From an uncultured Oscillospiraceae bacterium (GTDB taxonomy: Bacteria; Bacillota; Clostridia; Christensenellales; CAG-138), in contig CAYXRF010000011.1 in NCBI GenBank assembly GCA_964467585.1, forward strand, positions 1,645 to 65,644: a DNA stretch of 64,000 nt, written 5' to 3'. The position numbers were made by a program, and so were the translations under genes. The notes under the pieces were generated by a model, which saw nothing but the letters and a program-made list of their open reading frames with translations, did not search any database and had not been told where the DNA came from. The stretch's first letter is position 1. Each line of letters begins with the position of its first letter. Below are positions 58,891-64,000 of this stretch, piece by piece.

Positions 58891-59789
58891 GTAAAAGCTA
58901 TCTTTCAGGTTTTGTGGCGATTATCGGTTCGCCAAACGTTGGTAAGTCAACGCTTATGAACATCATGGTCGGTCAGAAGGTAAGCATTGTATCCGAGCGC
59001 GCACAAACCACACGCAACCGTATAGCGGGCGTTGTTTCACGCAAGGGATATCAAATTGTGTTTCTTGACACACCGGGTGTTATTGGGGCAAAAAACAGGC
59101 TGGGAGAATACATGCTGAAGACGGCTTATGATTCCATAAATGACGTTGAGGCAATTTTACTCATGCTTGACGCTTCAAAGGGTGTGCGGGATATGGACGA
59201 AGCTCTGCTTCAGAATCTTTCCGAAAAGGCAGGGAATACTCCTGTTGTTGCAGCAATCAACAAAACGGATGTAGTAAGCCTTGGCGATATTGAAGAAATT
59301 CGTGAGCGTCTTGAAAAAGAGCCGTGGATAAAGCAGGTTGTTGCAATCTCCGCAGCCACGGGCAGAAACGTTGATAAGCTTGAAAATATTTTAATGGAGT
59401 ATCTTGTAGAAGGACCGCAGTATTACCCGGACGACATGGTTACCGATCGCCCCATGCGCACCATATGCGCGGAGATAATACGCGAAAAGACGCTGAAGCT
59501 TCTGCGTGAGGAAATACCGCATGGTATTGGCGTGGATATTGAAAAGATATTTCTTCGTGACGATGGCATTAACGATATCATGGCAACAATCTATTGTGAG
59601 AAGGAGTCCCACAAGGGTATGATAATCGGACATGGCGGCGTTATGCTGAAAAAAATCGGAACTGCTGCAAGACCCGAGATTGAAACTCTGTTCGGAACGC
59701 ACGTTAACCTTCAGCTATGGGTCAAAGTGCGTCCCGATTGGCGAAACAGCGCGAATGCGCTTAGGGAGCTTGGTTACACATCGGATTGA
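58887..59789 (+). CDS. era: GTPase Era
   Basis: G1 GSPNVGKST, G3 DTPG, G4 NKTD, and a C-terminal KH domain (IYCEKESHKGMIIGHGG). Confidence 0.95.
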   Translation: MSKSYLSGFVAIIGSPNVGKSTLMNIMVGQKVSIVSERAQTTRNRIAGVVSRKGYQIVFLDTPGVIGAKNRLGEYMLKTAYDSINDVEAILLMLDASKGVRDMDEALLQNLSEKAGNTPVVAAINKTDVVSLGDIEEIRERLEKEPWIKQVVAISAATGRNVDKLENILMEYLVEGPQYYPDDMVTDRPMRTICAEIIREKTLKLLREEIPHGIGVDIEKIFLRDDGINDIMATIYCEKESHKGMIIGHGGVMLKKIGTAARPEIETLFGTHVNLQLWVKVRPDWRNSANALRELGYTSD

Positions 59790-59905
59790 TGAGGCGTGTT
59801 GTCCTCGTCTCCGTGTTTGTCGGTCGCGGCAGTACGATACGCAAGGTAGTCCGCAATACTGCCGCTTCGTTCAAACCTGCTCCACAGTTCAATGCGTTTG
59901 CTCAT
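59774..59905 (-). CDS. yqzL: YqzL-like small protein (43 aa), encoded antisense to its neighbours
   Basis: The ATG at 59905 lies 8 nt after GGAGGG. The product MSKRIELWSRFERSGSIADYLAYRTAATDKHGDEDNTPHQSDV resembles the W-x-x-F-x-x-(T/S)G-S-I-x-x-YL motif of YqzL as recalled. It sits between era and recO as in B. subtilis, but on the opposite strand, overlapping the era 3' end by 16 nt. Confidence 0.55.
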   Translation of the reverse strand: MSKRIELWSRFERSGSIADYLAYRTAATDKHGDEDNTPHQSDV

Positions 59906-59926
59906 GACCCAAACCCTCCATATAAT
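59898..59926 (+). promoter_or_regulatory. Candidate sigma-A promoter for recO
   Basis: TTGCTC (59898-59903), 17-nt spacer, TATAAT (59921-59926), 41 nt upstream of the recO ATG. It overlaps the yqzL-like start on the other strand. Confidence 0.4.
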
Positions 59927-59967
59927 ATTATTATCCCGCCTGTTCGCGGGGGGAAACGCTGAAATAT

Positions 59968-60681
59968 ATGCCAAACGAAACCATGAACGGAATAGTTCTC
60001 AGATCAACCGATTACCGTGACAGCGACAGAATACTGTCCGTCCTTACGCGTGAGAGAGGCTTAGTCACAGTTTCTGCGCGAGGCTGCAGAAAGCCAAACA
60101 GCAAGCTTGCTCCTTTTTCATCACAGTTTTGTTATGGCGAGATGGAAGTCTATGAGCGCGATGGTAAGCTTATGTTGTCTGCAGCCGCCATTCTTGAAAG
60201 CTTCTATTCCATAAGAGAGAGCTATGAGCAGCTTGTATCCGCCACGCGTATGACTATGCTTGCCGAGCGCATCGCCGTGCGAGACATTGCAAATGACGAG
60301 CTTTTTTTGCTGCTTTATCACGCTCTCGGATTTATCTCATACGGCAAAAACGACCCAAAGGATATCGAACTGTGCTGCCTGGCAAAAATGCTGCGGCTTG
60401 CAGGCTACGCTCCGTCTTTGACGTCATGCGTCATGTGCGGCAAAAACCTTCGAAACCATAAACTGGTACGTTTTTCCGACAGACAAGGCGGCGCGCTGTG
60501 CCAAAACTGCGTGGGCGCGTCGCGCGCCGTGTCCGCACTTTCTTTGGAGGCGTTTCGCAGGATGATGCTGATTGAAAGCAAGGACATGGGCAAGGTAAAC
60601 CTGCCCCAATCCGTTCGCGCCGAGCTTGACTCCCTGCTATATGAATATGCGGAATATGTGTTTGAGTACCCACTTCGATGA
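59968..60681 (+). CDS. recO: DNA repair protein RecO
   Basis: 237 aa. N-terminal OB fold (GIVLRSTDYRDSDRILSVLTRERG) and zinc motif CVMCGK...CQNC. It lies downstream of era. Confidence 0.9.
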   Translation: MPNETMNGIVLRSTDYRDSDRILSVLTRERGLVTVSARGCRKPNSKLAPFSSQFCYGEMEVYERDGKLMLSAAAILESFYSIRESYEQLVSATRMTMLAERIAVRDIANDELFLLLYHALGFISYGKNDPKDIELCCLAKMLRLAGYAPSLTSCVMCGKNLRNHKLVRFSDRQGGALCQNCVGASRAVSALSLEAFRRMMLIESKDMGKVNLPQSVRAELDSLLYEYAEYVFEYPLR

Positions 60682-60862
60682 AAAAAAGCAAGTCTATTTT
60701 ATGCGTAATTTAACGGGTATTCTAAATGCAGATATGACAGGCCGCCATTACAAATCAATGCTTTTCTTAAAGATCACACATTAATTAAGCCCGTTTCAGC
60801 CAAATATATTGTAGAATCGCATAAACAGCACACAAAGGAATGCAAAAAATACGTGTTTTTTG

Positions 60863-60890
60863 TTGAAAAAACCGTTTAGTGTGATATAAT
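60863..60890 (+). promoter_or_regulatory. Sigma-A type promoter with extended -10 for the YegP-like gene
   Basis: TTGAAA (60863-60868), 16-nt spacer containing TG, TATAAT (60885-60890). Confidence 0.55.
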
Positions 60891-60932
60891 ATACCTATTG
60901 AACGCTATGCGTTATATTAGGAGGTGTCATGT

Positions 60933-61304
60933 ATGGGTAAATTCGTGATCAAGGGCAACGATAAGGGTTACACCTTTCGGCTAAAGGCAACAAATGGGCA
61001 GATAATCGCCGTATCTGAAGTTTATTCTTCACTTATGGCGTGCAAGAACGGCGTTGAGTCGGTTAGATGCAACGCACCGATTGCCTCACTGGAGAATCAG
61101 ACTGTCGAGGACTACACCGTCCAGACGCATCCAAAGTTTGTTGTGTACACCGACAAAGCGGGTGAGTATAGATTCCGTCTTAAGGCTCCGAACGGAAAGA
61201 TTATTGCCGCATCAGAAGGCTATAAAGCGATTGAAAGCTGTCTTAACGGCGTGGAATCCGTTCGCAAGAACGTTGTTGACGCACCCGTCGTAACGGACGA
61301 GTGA
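60933..61304 (+). CDS. YegP family protein (two tandem DUF1508 domains)
   Basis: Duplicated motif: GYTFRLKATNGQIIAVSEVYSSLMACKNGVESVR and EYRFRLKAPNGKIIAASEGYKAIESCLNGVESVR. The ATG at 60933 lies 8 nt after GGAGG. Confidence 0.8.
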   Translation: MGKFVIKGNDKGYTFRLKATNGQIIAVSEVYSSLMACKNGVESVRCNAPIASLENQTVEDYTVQTHPKFVVYTDKAGEYRFRLKAPNGKIIAASEGYKAIESCLNGVESVRKNVVDAPVVTDE

Positions 61305-61468
61305 TGTAGTCAAACGTAAATCCTATAGCAAAACAAAGGCGAGACCCAATCGGTGCATCCGAAAAGGCGCCGCCTTCTTATGTTCTCCATTTTACACGGC
61401 CCAAGTCCAATAACAGAAGTAGTTTAACAAGTGTACATCATTTGTTTACAAATGGACATTTCAATAAG

Positions 61469-61497
61469 TTGCATTAACGGGCGAATCAAGATATAAT
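61469..61497 (+). promoter_or_regulatory. Candidate sigma-A promoter ending 6 nt before the ATG of the membrane protein gene
   Basis: TTGCAT (61469-61474), 17-nt spacer, TATAAT (61492-61497). The ATG is at 61504. Confidence 0.45.
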
Positions 61498-61503
61498 AGG
61501 ACT

Positions 61504-62964
61504 ATGAAAAAGAAGGAATGTTATTTCAAGAAAAACCTCACGCTGCTGCTTTCCGTGCTTGTGGGAGCGGTGGCTTCCGGACTATATATTTATTGGCTTG
61601 CAACTGCGGATGAGCTTACGCCCATGGGCGCGGTCGTCTCCGGCGTCTGCCTTTTTCTTTTTGCGTTTGCAATAATACTGTGCATTCCCAAATGCATTCG
61701 CTTTTTTTCCGGAGAGGATGACGCCTGTGCTGCTGAAGCAATTGGTGAGCGCAGCGCAAAACGCGACAGGCTGCATCCGCTTATAAAGATATTCCTATTA
61801 GCCTTACTGGGAAGACTCGCTTTGATTCTTGCCGCATATGTTATTAATCTTACCGTTAACGGGTACCAAGGCACTCTTTTTGAAACGCTGAGGTCTATTT
61901 GGACAAAAACATATACAAGCGACGGTATTTCAAATATTGATGCGCAGCACTATTTCAGCATTGCTGAGCAATGGTATCCAACGCAAGATCCCGAATGTCT
62001 TACGCTTGTGTTCTTCCCGCTGTTCCCGCTGCTGATAAGGCTGTTTAATCTGGTTTTTCATGACAGCTTCACATCAGCGTTTATAATTAACACTATTTGC
62101 TCCTGCGTTTCCGCCGCGCTTATATATGAGCTGGCGCTGTGCGATATGAACAAGCGCTCCGCAAGATTTGCATCGTTTTGTGCTTTTGCGTTTCCTGCGG
62201 CGATATTCTATTGTGTGCCCATGAGCGAGGCGCTTTTCCTCATGCTTTCCGCCGCGACGCTGCTTTCCGCAAGAAAACAAAAGTTCTGGAATGCCGCCAT
62301 TTTCGGAGCTTTGGCGGCATTCACTCGCTCGCTTGGCGCACTCTTGATACTGCCGGTTGCGACAGAAGCAATTGCGGCGTGCGTTCGTAAGCATTGTTCA
62401 AATGAGAAAACGGGCGAAAAGGCTTTGATTGTTACTGCTTGCATCGCACCCGTCTGCATCCTTTTAGGCACGTTTGGCTATCTGCTTATCAACAAGATGA
62501 TTTGGGGAGATTGGTTCAAGTTTCTAACATTCCAGCGCGACAATTGGCAACAAAGCTTCAACCTGTTTTTTGACACTCCGTCATATCAACTGAATAATCT
62601 TGTGCGTGCAATCAACGACAAGGGGATATCCCAAACGTTGGGGCTTTGGCTCCCCAATTTGCTTTCAATTTTCTCCGCTTTGATTGTATTTGTGCTTACC
62701 GCAAAAAAGATGCGCACATCCTACTCAATCTACTTTGCCGCTTATTATGCCGCCTGCATAGGCACGACATGGCTGCTTTCAGCTTCAAGGTATCTTACGG
62801 CGATGGTTGTACTTCCGCTTGCGACAGCATACATGTGCGATTCGGGTGACGATGACGAAAGGCTTTCAATTTCCAATAAAAAGCGAACCGTTGTCGGAAT
62901 TGGGCTATTGCTGCTGCAAGTGCTGTATCTTATGATGTTTATTAGAAAGTTTGACATATACTAA
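61504..62964 (+). CDS. Polytopic membrane protein, GT-C-fold glycosyl/mannosyltransferase-like (PMT_2 / PIG-V-like)
   Basis: 486 aa with more than 10 hydrophobic helices. The architecture and loop pattern resemble GT-C family membrane glycosyltransferases. The assignment is tentative. Confidence 0.6.
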   Translation: MKKKECYFKKNLTLLLSVLVGAVASGLYIYWLATADELTPMGAVVSGVCLFLFAFAIILCIPKCIRFFSGEDDACAAEAIGERSAKRDRLHPLIKIFLLALLGRLALILAAYVINLTVNGYQGTLFETLRSIWTKTYTSDGISNIDAQHYFSIAEQWYPTQDPECLTLVFFPLFPLLIRLFNLVFHDSFTSAFIINTICSCVSAALIYELALCDMNKRSARFASFCAFAFPAAIFYCVPMSEALFLMLSAATLLSARKQKFWNAAIFGALAAFTRSLGALLILPVATEAIAACVRKHCSNEKTGEKALIVTACIAPVCILLGTFGYLLINKMIWGDWFKFLTFQRDNWQQSFNLFFDTPSYQLNNLVRAINDKGISQTLGLWLPNLLSIFSALIVFVLTAKKMRTSYSIYFAAYYAACIGTTWLLSASRYLTAMVVLPLATAYMCDSGDDDERLSISNKKRTVVGIGLLLLQVLYLMMFIRKFDIY

Positions 62965-62979
62965 TGCAATTGTGAAAGG

Positions 62980-63708
62980 GTGGTTAGTGTGACACTGCTG
63001 TATTATTACGCAAATCTCAATGACAGGGATTTCCTTTTGCTGCTTGCATTGCTTGCCGTCATGGTTATCGGTGCGATAGCGCAGGCAAGGGTGCAGTCTG
63101 TTTTTCGTAAGTATGATAAGATAAGCGCAAACAACGGACGCTCCGCCGCCGATGTTGCAAACGCGTTGCTGCGCAGCAACAACAGCAGCGTTGGCGTTGC
63201 GCAAACTGCGGGAAGCCTTACAGACAACTTCAATCCAAGGACAGGTGTTGTATCACTAAGTCAGTCGGTATACTCGTCCGGCAGTATAGCGGCTATGGCT
63301 GTCGCGGCGCATGAGGTTGGTCATGTCATGCAGTATGAAAGCGACTATACGCCCATACGGATACGCAACTCGCTGCTTCCGCTTGCAAGCTTTGGTTCAC
63401 GTTTTTCATACTTGATTGTGATAGTCGGGCTTTTTATGGGCTCGATAGGCAATGTGGTATGCTTTGTGGGCATCGGGCTGTTTACATTCGCATTTCTGTT
63501 TCAGCTGATAACTCTTCCTGTTGAACTGAATGCTTCCAAGCGTGCGTTGGAAATGCTTTCTCAGGGAGGGTATATCACGGGAGCGGAGCAGGAGAATGGT
63601 GCGCGCAAGGTTTTGAACGCCGCCGCCTGCACATACCTTGTTGCCGCGATTGCTTCATTGCTCTCACTTTTGAGACTTATGTCGCTTGCATCGCGCAGAA
63701 GAAATTGA
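62980..63708 (+). CDS. Zinc metallopeptidase, YugP-like (Zn_peptidase_2 family)
   Basis: HEVGHVMQ zinc motif. The N-terminal TM helix plus AQARVQSVFRKYDKISANNGRSAADVA is typical of the family. Possible GTG starts are 62980 or 62989. Confidence 0.83.
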   Translation: MVSVTLLYYYANLNDRDFLLLLALLAVMVIGAIAQARVQSVFRKYDKISANNGRSAADVANALLRSNNSSVGVAQTAGSLTDNFNPRTGVVSLSQSVYSSGSIAAMAVAAHEVGHVMQYESDYTPIRIRNSLLPLASFGSRFSYLIVIVGLFMGSIGNVVCFVGIGLFTFAFLFQLITLPVELNASKRALEMLSQGGYITGAEQENGARKVLNAAACTYLVAAIASLLSLLRLMSLASRRRN

Positions 63709-63770
63709 TTGCAGCCTATCGATCTGCTTTCATATTTGTTATTGAATACTGTCGTGTTTCGCAAAACAAT

Positions 63771-63807
63771 GCGGCTGCTCCGATTTACCCGGAGGCAGCC
63801 GCTTTTG
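63771..63807 (+). terminator. Rho-independent terminator candidate
   Basis: GCGGCTGC (63771-63778) pairs with GCAGCCGC (63795-63802) and is followed by TTTTG. It lies between convergent genes. Confidence 0.55.
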
Positions 63808-63836
63808 CATCCAACGTTGCTGTAACAAACCGTTAA

Positions 63837-64000
63837 TTATCCGCCGAACACACGATAACCGCAGAAGAACACACGGTGCCAATACGCGGTGTCATATGAA
63901 CGGATGACGACCTTGCCGTTTCTGTTTGAAGCGTCAATCATCATATTGTCGCCAAGGACAATGCCGATGTGTCCGCTTGTCGCACTCATCTTAAAGAGAA
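63837..64000 (-). CDS. NlpC/P60 (C40) family peptidase, C-terminal fragment (gene enters from the right edge)
   Basis: Minus-strand frame ...SLKMSATSGHIGIVLGDNMMIDASNRNGKVVIRSYDTAYWHRVFFCGYRVFGG* with stop at 63837-63839. GHIGIV...MIDAS is the catalytic His region of NlpC/P60 domains. Confidence 0.72.
   Translation of the reverse strand, partial: LFKMSATSGHIGIVLGDNMMIDASNRNGKVVIRSYDTAYWHRVFFCGYRVFGG

Noticed and set aside
59680-59907. 75-aa plus-strand ORF spanning the era-recO gap as the yqzL equivalent.
   Set aside because: It starts inside era in another frame, has no RBS and shows no YqzL-like motif. The minus-strand 43-aa ORF has both an RBS and the conserved motif.
61305-61503. Possible terminator or sRNA in the 200-bp gap after the YegP-like gene (AAGGCGCCGCCTT).
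   Set aside because: The inverted repeat leaves essentially no loop and has no T-tract. No stable stem-loop or conserved RNA motif could be recognised by eye.

Overview
This 64-kb chromosomal segment (roughly 50% GC by eye) comes from a spore-forming Firmicute of the class Clostridia. Two dockerin-bearing surface proteins together with gerABC, spoIIP and yqfC/yqfD suggest a Ruminococcaceae/Oscillospiraceae-like organism; that placement is inference only. The window is densely coding and mostly core metabolism and housekeeping.

Genes from left to right:
- MATE exporter fragment and a GH25 lysozyme lipoprotein.
- A five-gene peptide ABC importer (minus strand).
- Aminotransferase-tdh-kbl (threonine to glycine) and trpS.
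- A large choice-of-anchor-J / Big_2 / Listeria-Bacteroides-repeat / dockerin protein.
- A seven-gene, tightly coupled minus-strand array: iorA-iorB-PatB-like lyase-DUF4438-pcrA-ligA-PurM-like.
- A gerA-family germinant receptor operon plus a small fourth ORF.
- mscL with a zinc-ribbon tail, icd and a SEC-C protein.
- A second repeat+dockerin protein, spoIIP and a Tim44-like membrane protein.
- The complete pstSCAB-phoU-phoP-phoR locus with Pho boxes, then glyA.
- A co-directional array: small membrane protein, ABC exporter, hypothetical, DUF2804, M42 peptidase, CARF/PD-(D/E)xK (Card1/Can2-like) protein, AlaX.
- copA.
- The Bacillus-like yqfC-yqfD-phoH-pgpH-ybeY-cdd-era-yqzL-recO block.
- A tandem YegP protein, a GT-C-like membrane protein, a YugP-type zinc peptidase and an NlpC/P60 fragment.

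I recognised no rRNA, tRNA, CRISPR array, transposase, integrase or prophage.

Most noteworthy observations:
1. An orphan Card1/Can2-like CARF-nuclease gene overlaps the stop codon of an M42 peptidase gene, with no CRISPR-Cas in the window.
2. An in-frame TGA truncates the PhoP-like response regulator just before its conserved C-terminal wing.
3. Two paralogous 3x repeat + dockerin cassettes sit on unrelated N-terminal domains.
4. Smaller oddities include an MscL zinc-ribbon fusion, a short PgpH, a small ORF after gerC, candidate leaderless genes and an uncharacterised gene pair.

All family assignments come from motif recognition by eye. No database search was run.
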